Translations under genes and position numbers: made by a program
Virus record (IMG/VR): IMGVR_UViG_3300046467_000865
Coordinates: 1-64,000 of that record
Direction: 5' to 3' (one strand)
From: a virus
Taxonomy: Duplodnaviria; Caudoviricetes
DNA length: 64,000 nt
The notes under the pieces: model-generated
Database searches by the model: none
What the model was told of the DNA's origin: nothing
Seen by the model: only the letters and a program-made list of their open reading frames with translations
In this document: in pieces, positions 19,554 to 28,846 of the stretch
How positions within the stretch are numbered: the stretch's first letter is position 1
Layout of the letters: each line of letters starts with the position of its first letter

Positions 19554-20758
19554 AGATTTTCTATAGCCTCTTTTATATATTGACACGCTGCACTCGCATC
19601 CTCTTCAGAGAATGTAAGAGCGGGCCTAAGTCTAATTGATCTACTGCCGCACTTTAATACGAGCATATTTTCTTGTAACAACTCTACCGCTCTATCACGT
19701 AGTTCCGACGATGGCAGATCAAACGCTATCATAAGTCCCCTACCACGAACATTCTCAATTACAGAAAACGTTCTTAATTCCCATAGCAGTTGGCGACCGA
19801 CATCGTGGGCGTTTTTAACTAGATCATTGCGCTGAATGGCGTCTATTATATATTTGAATCGAACCATGTCTACAATATTGCCACCCCATGTAGAATTTAT
19901 TCTACCACTAGTATTGAAGACGTTGTGTTTGACTTCATCAATTCTCTCAGTGGAACAAAAGCCACACACTTGAGTTTTTTTACCAAAGCACATCATGTCT
20001 GGCACAACACCAAAGTGCTCATAGGACCACATTTTACCAGTCAAGCCCATGCCGGTTTGCACTTCGTCAAAGATAAGTAAACAGTCTCGTTCGTCGGCTA
20101 TGCGTCTTATATTTGTAAAAAACTCTGGCGGAAAATGGTTATCTCCACCCTCGCCCTGTATCGGCTCTATGATAATCGCAGCAACTTCTTCGTGGACACG
20201 ACGTTCGATATTTTCCCAATCAGGCTCTACGGTAGTCCAGCTAAATTTTGGAAATAAAGAGGTCTTCTCTGGAGTTGTGTTGGTCAAAGACAGGGTGTAG
20301 CCTGTTCTGCCATGGAAAGCGTTTTTAAGGTGAAATATATCTAGATTGTTGATGTCAGACGTGTGAGTATATTTTAGTTTTTGTGCCTTCCAGTCAAAAG
20401 CAGCCTTTAAAGCATTCTCTACGCCCAAGGCGCCGCCCTCAATAAAAAAGTAGTACTTAAAATCGGGGGTAATCTCAGAGAACTTTTCTACAAAATCTGC
20501 ATATTCCTCTGAGTACATGTCGCTGTTAGCCAGTTTTACCCGGCCAGCATAGCCCATTTCTGATTGGGCTTTAATCAGTGCTGAGTGCTTCCAGCCAAGA
20601 GACTGGCTTGCAAATTGTGAATAGCAGTCTAAATATTTCTTTCCCGTATTTAAGTCTACAATCCAACTGCCAAAACTTTTTTGATGATCCACAACAACAT
20701 GAAAGCCGTCTACAAGGATATATTTTTCAAGAGTTTCTATAGCCTTAGCGTTAGACAT
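19550..20758 (-). CDS. lat: L-lysine 6-transaminase (class III PLP aminotransferase)
   Basis: FHGRTGYTLSLT, EPIQGEGGD, FDEVQTG, FGKKTQVCG, RINSTWGGN. Confidence 0.83.
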   Translation of the reverse strand: MSNAKAIETLEKYILVDGFHVVVDHQKSFGSWIVDLNTGKKYLDCYSQFASQSLGWKHSALIKAQSEMGYAGRVKLANSDMYSEEYADFVEKFSEITPDFKYYFFIEGGALGVENALKAAFDWKAQKLKYTHTSDINNLDIFHLKNAFHGRTGYTLSLTNTTPEKTSLFPKFSWTTVEPDWENIERRVHEEVAAIIIEPIQGEGGDNHFPPEFFTNIRRIADERDCLLIFDEVQTGMGLTGKMWSYEHFGVVPDMMCFGKKTQVCGFCSTERIDEVKHNVFNTSGRINSTWGGNIVDMVRFKYIIDAIQRNDLVKNAHDVGRQLLWELRTFSVIENVRGRGLMIAFDLPSSELRDRAVELLQENMLVLKCGSRSIRLRPALTFSEEDASAACQYIKEAIENL

Positions 20759-21537
20759 TTAATAGCTCCTCCAGATTTCACAAATTCTGACATATCGCAT
20801 ATAGATGTTTTTTTACCAGAAAACGACAAGGAAAACATATCTGATGGGGTCACAACCGTTTCGTTGATTTCAATACTGTTACAAAGAAAATCTTGAGCTT
20901 GTTCTTCATGAATACTCAGAATGTCAAGAACTCCGATATCATGGCCGATGTCCACAAACTTATCAATCATCCAAGCTTGCGAAGAACTGGAGAAAGCGTC
21001 TTTATAATAGACAACCCTGCCGTTCATTGGAAAGAAGCATGTGTCAAGGTGGTAAAATCTTGGATCAACAAGTTCACAAGACACATAGTCAACGCCAAGA
21101 GCGCCTGCTATTATACTGTGTGCCTCTATATCCGTTCTAAAACCATACCCCATGAACAGAACGTCGTTTAGAAAAAGAGCGTCTCCCTCTCCTTCAAAAC
21201 ATATATGGTCTGGTATTTCAATGACCCTGTAGCCCCTTTTTAAAAACCAGTCTTTGAAGAACCATTTTTCATGCTGTCTTTCTTTATGTCTAAAGTTTGA
21301 CAGTATGACATTTTTCCCATATACAAGACCCGCGTTAGCCGTAAATACCATATCTGGGTATCCACGCTCGGGTTCTATATACCTGAGATTTGCACCGGCT
21401 TTGATCAACCGGTCACACATCCTGTGCCACTGATTGGCCGCAATTTCTCCTTCAACGCCTAAGTTGAGATCCATCCAAGGGTTGATTTCATAATCTATGT
21501 TAAAATGTGTTGGCTTACACACTAAAAGATCAGTCAT
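20737..21537 (-). CDS. Amidinotransferase / pentein family (arginine dihydrolase or DDAH-like)
   Basis: YEINPWM, PDMVFTANAG, FEGEGD, FYHLDTCF, GGAIKCLT catalytic Cys. Confidence 0.88.
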   Translation of the reverse strand: MTDLLVCKPTHFNIDYEINPWMDLNLGVEGEIAANQWHRMCDRLIKAGANLRYIEPERGYPDMVFTANAGLVYGKNVILSNFRHKERQHEKWFFKDWFLKRGYRVIEIPDHICFEGEGDALFLNDVLFMGYGFRTDIEAHSIIAGALGVDYVSCELVDPRFYHLDTCFFPMNGRVVYYKDAFSSSSQAWMIDKFVDIGHDIGVLDILSIHEEQAQDFLCNSIEINETVVTPSDMFSLSFSGKKTSICDMSEFVKSGGAIKCLTLRL

Positions 21538-23023
21538 CTACACCAGTCTTCATACCTTGTGGGAAACTGAGAGAGTCTCCATGATTTACAGTCCAAGCAA
21601 CCTCGTGGGTAACCGATCTAAACGTGCGAGCAGCACTAGGCTGACCATTGCCAGACTTCTTCACCCCTCCAAATCCGAGATGAGATTCAGCAGCAATGCT
21701 GCCGCCATTCCAATAACCAAGACCAAAGTCACACTCGTCGCGAATCCTTCTCGCCACCTTGAAGTTTTCTGTTACCACACCTAGAGCAAGCCCATAATCA
21801 GTGTCGTTGTAAATCCTAATAGCATCATCAACTGTATCGTAAGGAATAATTGATACATGAGGTCCAAACACCTCTTGCTTAAGATATGGAACATCTCTCC
21901 ATTCCGTTTGATATACCGTAGGTGTTAAGAGTAGACTGTCGCCGTCTCGTTTTCCCATGAGCAGAACATCTGCCTCTGGGTCTGCTTCAACCATCTCGTT
22001 GAACTCTATGACTCTTTCGAGTTGCTTTTCGTTAATAAGAGGTCCGTAAAAGGTGTTGTCGTCAAATGGGTCTCCAGTCTGTAGATCACCGCTTCTGTTA
22101 GCAAATTCGTCCGCAAATTTATTGTATAAAGAGCGGTGGACAATCAACCTGCTAGCAGACACACAGCGTTGACCAGATAGTTTGTAAGCGCTGGCCAAGC
22201 ATGCGGCCATTGCCAGATCATAATTTGCGTCTTCATGGATGATTACCGCTGATTTACTTCCCATTTCGCAAGAACAAGTTTTATGCCAGCTTTCTGCACA
22301 CACTTTGCGAACGTGCATGCCAACATCGGCGCTTCCGGTAAAACACACATGATCTATATCACCTTTGATAAGTCTATCTCCAACCTCTCCGTCTCCATGA
22401 ATCATATTGAAGACTCCGGGTGGGAATCCAGCAGCTTCATATAACTCTGCTGTTATTTGCCCAGCCCAAGATACATCTTCGCTTGGCTTTAGAACCACAG
22501 TATTGCCTTCAACCAAAGCTGGACCAGCACACCAGAAGCCACCAATAGCAAAAGGAAAGTTAAAAGGAGCAACAATAGCAATAACACCCTTTGGTTTCCT
22601 AAGCATGTACGCATCTTTTTCGGGTAACTCCGACGCAATCGCTTCTCCATAAGGCATTCTTCCTGTGCTAAAAGCGTATTGAGCCATATGCAAAGCTTCG
22701 TTGACTTCTGCAATAGACTCGTTTAATACTTTTCCAGTTTCCAAACTAATGATAGAAGCTATTCGATTAATATTTTTTTCTACTAGTTCTGCGAGCTTGA
22801 AAAAATATCCTGCACGCTGATATCTGCTAAAAGAACGCCAACCATCAAAAGCGTCACGAGCAAAAGCGCACGCAGAATCAACCGCCGCAGAAGAAGCTTG
22901 GGGAAACGCACCTAAAATTTTCCCATCGGCTGGGTTCTTGCTATCAAACAAAGAGTCGTCTGAGCCAGAGACCCATTGATTGTTAATAAAGTGCTTTCCT
23001 TCTACGATTTGATAAGTGGTCAT
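21530..23023 (-). CDS. NAD(P)-dependent aldehyde dehydrogenase (candidate aminoadipate- or glutamate-semialdehyde dehydrogenase)
   Basis: PFNFP, GNTVVLKPSE, FTGS, CEMGSK, GQRCVS, EVFGP, FGGVKKSGNG; start moved to ATG 23023 (ATGA overlap). Confidence 0.92.
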   Translation of the reverse strand: MTTYQIVEGKHFINNQWVSGSDDSLFDSKNPADGKILGAFPQASSAAVDSACAFARDAFDGWRSFSRYQRAGYFFKLAELVEKNINRIASIISLETGKVLNESIAEVNEALHMAQYAFSTGRMPYGEAIASELPEKDAYMLRKPKGVIAIVAPFNFPFAIGGFWCAGPALVEGNTVVLKPSEDVSWAGQITAELYEAAGFPPGVFNMIHGDGEVGDRLIKGDIDHVCFTGSADVGMHVRKVCAESWHKTCSCEMGSKSAVIIHEDANYDLAMAACLASAYKLSGQRCVSASRLIVHRSLYNKFADEFANRSGDLQTGDPFDDNTFYGPLINEKQLERVIEFNEMVEADPEADVLLMGKRDGDSLLLTPTVYQTEWRDVPYLKQEVFGPHVSIIPYDTVDDAIRIYNDTDYGLALGVVTENFKVARRIRDECDFGLGYWNGGSIAAESHLGFGGVKKSGNGQPSAARTFRSVTHEVAWTVNHGDSLSFPQGMKTGVDD

Positions 23024-23604
23024 TTTACTTCCTTTGTAGATTCCATTAAGTGCTTGACCGAATTTTGACAAAACCCCTTGTGTCCTCTTTCTATTAACTC
23101 TACTATAATTCCGCCCATTACATTTAGAGGCTTGGTGAATATTTGTTTTAGGTCGTCCTCTGGACAATCGATAACTTCTTCTGTTAAAAATTCTACATCA
23201 AGCTCTTTCCACTCTTTAACAATCTTGTTTATGTTCTTAACAGAATAAGCCATATGGTGAATCCCACCACCATTTCTAGCTTTCACCCAATCTCCAACTA
23301 TAGAGCCTTCACTTCCGTCGCTAATAAAGATTTCTGGAGCAAGATGATAGTTGGTGTCGTGGGAGGGGGAAAATAAAACCCATGGTGGGTCCATGTGGCT
23401 CAATCGCACCGGTCTATCTTTGGAAGGAGGACTCGGGCGCTTTCTGGTTCTTTCTGGAGGAGTCATGACTATGCACTCGGCAGTGGATCCATCGTCGAAC
23501 TTTATGTCAAATTCTGTCCCAACAACGTAACCAAACGTTTGTTTTATAAACTGGGCTGTTTCGTGTCTGCTGGATACTCTATAGGCTATATGGTCTAACC
23601 TCAT
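23020..23604 (-). CDS. VOC superfamily metalloenzyme (HPPD/HglS-like Fe dioxygenase)
   Basis: LDHIAY, GGGIHHMAY, KQIFTKP..ELIER..GF..N...LMEST; His/His/Glu metal triad. Confidence 0.68.
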   Translation of the reverse strand: MRLDHIAYRVSSRHETAQFIKQTFGYVVGTEFDIKFDDGSTAECIVMTPPERTRKRPSPPSKDRPVRLSHMDPPWVLFSPSHDTNYHLAPEIFISDGSEGSIVGDWVKARNGGGIHHMAYSVKNINKIVKEWKELDVEFLTEEVIDCPEDDLKQIFTKPLNVMGGIIVELIERGHKGFCQNSVKHLMESTKEVK

Positions 23605-23828
23605 CCGTATAATCTCTTTTTTATTTCTAAGTACTTTTTAACAGCCTTTGGTAACTCATCATTGTTATATAATTGAGAAAATCTAGCTCTATAATCACTG
23701 CAATCTACTTGAAATTTTTTGCTTTTTAGTTGTGGATAGTAATCATTCAAGCAGCATAATGAAAGTTGATTACATTCGACAGCCGACCCATCTCGCAGTG
23801 TTGATTCATAAACTAGTTGATTAGTCAT
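23601..23828 (-). CDS. Hypothetical protein (75 aa)
   Basis: ATGA overlaps at both ends. Confidence 0.55.
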   Translation of the reverse strand: MTNQLVYESTLRDGSAVECNQLSLCCLNDYYPQLKSKKFQVDCSDYRARFSQLYNNDELPKAVKKYLEIKKRLYG

Positions 23829-25744
23829 TTTATAATTCCATTTTTTAGTTGATAAGATACTCCCATAATTTTGTCCAAAAAGCTAATTCCAAGTATATCA
23901 AACTTCACATGCCCCATTGCTTCCAAATCCTCCATTTCGAGTCCAGCAATCTTGTCTGAACCTCTTTTTTCGCGCACCATGGGGCACACTTGGTTTAAGT
24001 TTTCCGAAGAAATTACAACGCCAGCAGCATGCTTGCCTTGAGATTTGTAAGTGCCTTCCAACCGAATGGCTTGTTCAAAAAGCTTACCAAGATCTCCACC
24101 AAGACTGCCGTCTTCATTCACGATACACCAATCCTTCAGATCATTTGGTTGATTAATTAGTGCCCATCTAATGATAGAAGGATCTTCCATATCCTGTAGC
24201 TGGTCAGATATTTCAGCTTCAGATGGAATATTCTTTGTTATTTCGTTCATCTCAGCATAGCTGCAAGAATCGTGAACTCTTAAAACCTCTTTCAAAGCAG
24301 TGCGCCCTTGCATTCTACCGAACGTTATCATCTGTCCGACTTGTTCTTTTCCATAAGACTCTTTCATGTAATTGATTACCGACTCTCTTTTTGCAGTCGG
24401 AACGTCAATATCAATATCAGGCAAAGAAACCCTGCCGTCTGCATTGCGCCCTGCGTTGTAGAATCTTTCAAAAATTAAATCATGCTGAATTGGGTCTACC
24501 TTTGTTATACCAATCAGATAGGAAATAAGACAACCTGCGGCAGAGCCTCTGCCCGGACCCGGAAGCCATCCATTTTTTTTCACGTTGTCAACAATGTCTT
24601 GAACTATCAAAAAATATCCTGAGAGATTAGCGCCTTGTATTACAGACAACTCCTGTTTTATTCTTTTTGCATATGTTTCATTTTTGGATGGATCTGAAAC
24701 CACTCCGGTTAGCTGTAGCTTGTGTTTCCAACCCTCCCTACACAGATGCCTAAGATATTCATCTTCAGACATTTCATTTGGGCAAGGAAATCTGGGAAGC
24801 ATTGGTTTGCCAAGAATATTGTATTCTTCGCACATATCTGCAACCAACCTTGTGTTAGCTATTTCTGACTCAGAGTTGATCGCAGAGATTTCTTCTTGGG
24901 AGGGAATATGATATCTGTTAGATTTAAAGAACACACCAAGTCCGACATCCTCGTGGTTGTCAAGTTTTCGCTGCACTTCTTTGAGCGTAGTTCGCATAGC
25001 TGAACACAGAAGGATTCTTTGGTCAGCGGCGTCTTCCATGGATGGGTAATGGGAATCCGCTGTAGCTATGCATGGTATGCCAGTTTGTTTGCTTATGTAT
25101 CTTAAAGCCTCCGCAGTTACGGTTTGTGCGGGAGACATCTCTTGATCAATTAGTTGTATCTCAAGGAAAAAGTTGTCCTTTCCAAATATCTCTCTGTATT
25201 TTTCAGCAAGCTGGGTTGTTTTGCTGACCCAATCTGGATCAACAAAAGATTTTGCTTGTTCATAGGTGTTAGACCGGTAAGCAGATTTATAGTCCGAAAA
25301 GATAATATTAGACAGTTGGCTACCTAGGTGTCCAGAAAAGCTGATCAAATCCCCGTTACAGTATTCAGCCAGAGTGTCTAAATCAAGGCGTGGTTTGTGA
25401 TAGAACACCTCCTCGTCATTACTAGCAGAGGTTGCTTCTATAAGCTTACACCAGCCATCAAAGTTTTTAGCCAGCACAACCAAGTGGCTTAGCTGTCTAT
25501 TTTCCTTGTCTTTTATACACGGGTCTTGCTCGCATAAATAGAACTCACAACCCAATATAGGTTTGATATTCTTTTTTTGCATCTCTTTGACGAATGAAAC
25601 GGCTCCAGAAATCGTGCCGTGATCGGTGATGGCGCAAGCGTCGTACCCAAGGGTCTCACAGCGCTCTGCGACTTGCGAAGGCTTTGAGAGGCCGTCTAAC
25701 AAGCTGTAGTGTGTGTGCAAGTGTAGCGGAATCCAACTCGACAT
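23825..25744 (-). CDS. dnaE: DNA polymerase III alpha subunit, N-terminal half (PHP, palm, thumb)
   Basis: HLHTHYSLLDG, ITDHG, TADSHY, GPGRGSAAG, LIFERF, SLPDIDID, GKHAAGVVI, VKFDILG then stop. Confidence 0.94.
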   Translation of the reverse strand: MSSWIPLHLHTHYSLLDGLSKPSQVAERCETLGYDACAITDHGTISGAVSFVKEMQKKNIKPILGCEFYLCEQDPCIKDKENRQLSHLVVLAKNFDGWCKLIEATSASNDEEVFYHKPRLDLDTLAEYCNGDLISFSGHLGSQLSNIIFSDYKSAYRSNTYEQAKSFVDPDWVSKTTQLAEKYREIFGKDNFFLEIQLIDQEMSPAQTVTAEALRYISKQTGIPCIATADSHYPSMEDAADQRILLCSAMRTTLKEVQRKLDNHEDVGLGVFFKSNRYHIPSQEEISAINSESEIANTRLVADMCEEYNILGKPMLPRFPCPNEMSEDEYLRHLCREGWKHKLQLTGVVSDPSKNETYAKRIKQELSVIQGANLSGYFLIVQDIVDNVKKNGWLPGPGRGSAAGCLISYLIGITKVDPIQHDLIFERFYNAGRNADGRVSLPDIDIDVPTAKRESVINYMKESYGKEQVGQMITFGRMQGRTALKEVLRVHDSCSYAEMNEITKNIPSEAEISDQLQDMEDPSIIRWALINQPNDLKDWCIVNEDGSLGGDLGKLFEQAIRLEGTYKSQGKHAAGVVISSENLNQVCPMVREKRGSDKIAGLEMEDLEAMGHVKFDILGISFLDKIMGVSYQLKNGIIK

Positions 25745-25746
25745 TT

Positions 25747-26298
25747 TCAGTGTCCTACGGGGTCAAGATCCTTGTACGGCAGATTGTGACAATCAGTAGA
25801 AACCTTCCAGCCATTAGAAGGGTCTATGTCACCCTTTGCATAGAAACGAGCCTGTTCAAAATATTCCTTTGCGTCTTTTTGTCCGCAAACCCAAGCTCTA
25901 ACAGGCTTATTTCCCTCAAACTGAATGCTTGTAAAAATATATATGTCTGGTTTTTGATGCGCACTAGTTTCCGCTACAGAGGCGTCGTAATAGTCTCTAG
26001 GAGGAACGGTCCTGCGCTTGGACTTAACCTCTATCTTTTTTTTACCTTTTATCAAATCGTGGTTGTATTTTTCTTCGCCCTCGTTGTTACTGATTATCTC
26101 GGCTTGGATATAATTGGCGACAATTTCCTCACCGAGATAACCAGCAAAATTTCCTTTGCCCTTGAGAATAGAATTATTTATCTTACCTAAATTTTTAGCC
26201 TTAGCTTGAGCGCTACTTACCATTTGTTCAGTAAATGGCACTTCTACGAGATTACTTTTTTTGGTTGAACTTTTCATAAATGTATCGCGCTGTCGCAA
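25747..26298 (-). CDS. Hypothetical, possible PD-(D/E)XK nuclease
   Basis: GEEIV...HDL...IEVKSK pattern. Confidence 0.42.
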   Translation of the reverse strand: MRQRDTFMKSSTKKSNLVEVPFTEQMVSSAQAKAKNLGKINNSILKGKGNFAGYLGEEIVANYIQAEIISNNEGEEKYNHDLIKGKKKIEVKSKRRTVPPRDYYDASVAETSAHQKPDIYIFTSIQFEGNKPVRAWVCGQKDAKEYFEQARFYAKGDIDPSNGWKVSTDCHNLPYKDLDPVGH

Positions 26299-27196
26299 CG
26301 TCCTCTATAGCTAGTCCTGTGGCATCAAATAGCGTGGTCCGACATCCGCTTGTCTCTACTCTGCCTTGAATCACTTCTGCTATCGGACACCATATCTGCG
26401 AAATCTTACTCTTCTTAGCATACTGTATCTCTCCAGAGTGGGAGCATTGGACCCACTCATCATACGCAACGAGATCTACGTTTTCAAGAACGCACTGGTG
26501 GAGTTCTCTTTTTCCTTCTGCGTCTGCTCCAACAGCATTAATATGGACTACTGGTTTTAGGTATCTGTATTTAATAAATGGTTTACGTGAAGGAGTCAAC
26601 GTTGTAACTATATCCACGTCCCACAAACAATTTTCAAGATCGTTGTGTACTTCTATTTCTATGGGACTCTCTTGTCTGACTTCTAAATAATTCAAATCAT
26701 CTTTTAACTTATTTGCTCGATCTTCACTAAGATCAAACAGCCGAATAACTTCAATGTCTCTTACAGAAAGCACCGCTTCTATTTGTCTAAGTGTTTGATT
26801 TCCACAGCCGATAAATGCCGCTTTTTTGGAGTACTTGGGAGATAGATGTTTAGTTGCGACTCCCGTCACTGCGGCGGTACGAATAGCGGTAAGAGTTTCT
26901 GCGTCTAGAATAGCTAGCAGATCTCCAGTTTCGATATCATTGATCATCACCATAGCAAAGATGTTGATCTTGCCAGCTTCCTTGATGTTGAGTCCAGCCC
27001 ATTTGATTCCTGCTGTATTGCCTACTACCGCTGGCATTGCTCGAAAGTCCCCGTTTGGGACATTCATATATACCTTTGGTGGCATTTGCGTATTGTCAAT
27101 GTTTTTAAATAGGTCTTCTACAAGTTCTATACAGGCTGGTACTGAGAGTAAATCCGCTACTTCATCATTGGTAAAATATTTAACCGGGAGCATCAT
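26252..27196 (-). CDS. Ornithine/lysine cyclodeaminase - mu-crystallin family
   Basis: GDFRAMPA, LTAIRTAA, IGCGNQ, HINAVGAD..GKREL, FDATGLAIEDVA. Confidence 0.87.
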   Translation of the reverse strand: MMLPVKYFTNDEVADLLSVPACIELVEDLFKNIDNTQMPPKVYMNVPNGDFRAMPAVVGNTAGIKWAGLNIKEAGKINIFAMVMINDIETGDLLAILDAETLTAIRTAAVTGVATKHLSPKYSKKAAFIGCGNQTLRQIEAVLSVRDIEVIRLFDLSEDRANKLKDDLNYLEVRQESPIEIEVHNDLENCLWDVDIVTTLTPSRKPFIKYRYLKPVVHINAVGADAEGKRELHQCVLENVDLVAYDEWVQCSHSGEIQYAKKSKISQIWCPIAEVIQGRVETSGCRTTLFDATGLAIEDVATARYIYEKFNQKK

Positions 27197-28202
27197 AATA
27201 CCCTATATTAAAGTCTGGTTTGGTACACTCCGATGTGGTCCTTTCGATACCGTTCTTCTTAATATGTTGCTGGACATATTTACAAATATTGGTATTCGTA
27301 CCTTCCCAGTCGTTCTTATAGTAATCGCATAGCTTAGTACACTTCCAATGCGATTGGTTCTGAGATAATAACGCAGGGGATTTGTTGTTTTTTATCTGGT
27401 TGAATCTTTTTCTTAACATATTAAGAAATAATTCTTTATCCCCCTCGTCAAAGCACAGTGAGAATGGCCCTCCATCTTTGATATAGAAAATAGTCATTAT
27501 TGCCTGATCGTAATCAGGATATAACTTAGATATGGCATAATAATAGAGAAGCAATTGTGGATCAGTCTCTAATTTATTATAGTCCTTTTCTTCGCCTGTG
27601 GCCCAATTAATTCTTCTACCAGTCTTCCAATCTACAACTTCTATAACTCCATCGTCAACCTTTGTCACTAAATCTATAGTACCCTTGACGGCTAATTTAC
27701 CTTTTAATTTAGTTCCGTCCTCAAGAGTGTAGTCGTATTCAGCCCAAGGTTCGTCTATCTCAAAGTCAAAGTGAGGTTCGGTATCTACAATATCTCTGTT
27801 TCTTGGATCAAACTGTCCATCATTATATTCGAGACCCATCCACGTCCATTTTCGACAATCTCTTTCGTCTTTATCTGTATATTCATGGACGCAATTGGAG
27901 GTGTAGTGTTCGAAACTTTTATCTACTATTTTATTGACAAACTCTTCTGAGTATAGTTTGCTACGAGTGAATGTGATCCTTCCAAGCGCGTCGTCTGTGA
28001 CACTCATAAGGCCAGACTCTGGAAGGCTCTGGAGCCTTTTCTTGCACGACGCCAGACACTCCATCACCTTGTGGACGATAGTGCCTTGCTGGGCCTTCTT
28101 GCCAGAAGTGGAGGGAAAACCCAAGACATAATTTATGTAATACTGCTGTTGGCAATAATCATAACTATTGTATGATGAGCTTCTTATATAAGCTACGAGC
28201 AT
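27180..28202 (-). CDS. Cas4/AddB-like PD-(D/E)XK exonuclease
   Basis: SSYNSYDYC, GTIVHKVME, GTIDLV, VVDWKTG; 1+3 Cys arrangement (C...CTKLC..C). Confidence 0.78.
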   Translation of the reverse strand: MLVAYIRSSSYNSYDYCQQQYYINYVLGFPSTSGKKAQQGTIVHKVMECLASCKKRLQSLPESGLMSVTDDALGRITFTRSKLYSEEFVNKIVDKSFEHYTSNCVHEYTDKDERDCRKWTWMGLEYNDGQFDPRNRDIVDTEPHFDFEIDEPWAEYDYTLEDGTKLKGKLAVKGTIDLVTKVDDGVIEVVDWKTGRRINWATGEEKDYNKLETDPQLLLYYYAISKLYPDYDQAIMTIFYIKDGGPFSLCFDEGDKELFLNMLRKRFNQIKNNKSPALLSQNQSHWKCTKLCDYYKNDWEGTNTNICKYVQQHIKKNGIERTTSECTKPDFNIGYYDAPG

Positions 28203-28846
28203 TTATTCCACTCCAAGGCGTCGGATATGATGGGAAGTTCTTCCCTAAAGATGCCCTTAATTTCATTTGCAATATCCTGATGTTCTTTCTGAGTTGATGG
28301 ATCTGTTCGCAATGTTATGTAATGAATCCAGCTTCTAACTGTTCCATTCATATACATGCGAGTCTTGGTACTCAACGGCAATAAAAATCTAGCGCTTTCT
28401 TTGGCTATCCCTCTGTCTAGTGCTTCTTCGTAAAAGCTGCTTGTTGCGTCTTGAACTTTTTTGTTGGTGTGCTCAAACCACTTTCTGTCCTCTTCTTCAA
28501 GATCGTCCCAAGAATTTTGGCGATTCTTTGTGTCTTGTCTTCTTGGCCGAACATATTCAAAACCCTGAGCCTTGGCGTATCTCTGACTAAACTCCTGAAA
28601 GGAGAAACTACGATGTCTGAGGATTTGAGCAGCTATTCCTCTGGTTGTATTGATCTCAACAACCATGTTGGCCATTTCAAAAATAGACCAGTGTCCATGC
28701 TTGATACAAAACTTTAATAACCCGGCCACGTCTGGATTGTCTTGATTTTTAGGGTTGCTTACTCTGGCACAGTAGCCAATAGTTTTTTCTGCGTTGCAAG
28801 TCAGGGAAATAAGACTAGCTGTCATATCGATGTTAACCAACCCCAT
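28193..28846 (-). CDS. thyX: Flavin-dependent thymidylate synthase
   Basis: GHWSIFE, QILRHRSFSFQEFSQRY, ESARFLLP. Confidence 0.96.
   Translation of the reverse strand: MGLVNIDMTASLISLTCNAEKTIGYCARVSNPKNQDNPDVAGLLKFCIKHGHWSIFEMANMVVEINTTRGIAAQILRHRSFSFQEFSQRYAKAQGFEYVRPRRQDTKNRQNSWDDLEEEDRKWFEHTNKKVQDATSSFYEEALDRGIAKESARFLLPLSTKTRMYMNGTVRSWIHYITLRTDPSTQKEHQDIANEIKGIFREELPIISDALEWNKCS

Noticed and set aside
15293-25744. Split intein or intron joining the dnaE halves
   Set aside because: No intein N-terminal Cys block or C-terminal His-Asn at the ends; FNKSH site intact; the intervening DNA is fully packed with coupled ORFs
27180-28202. Cas4-like gene as part of a CRISPR system
   Set aside because: No repeat-spacer array or other cas genes seen; intergenic gaps are too small; solo Cas4-like nucleases are common in phages
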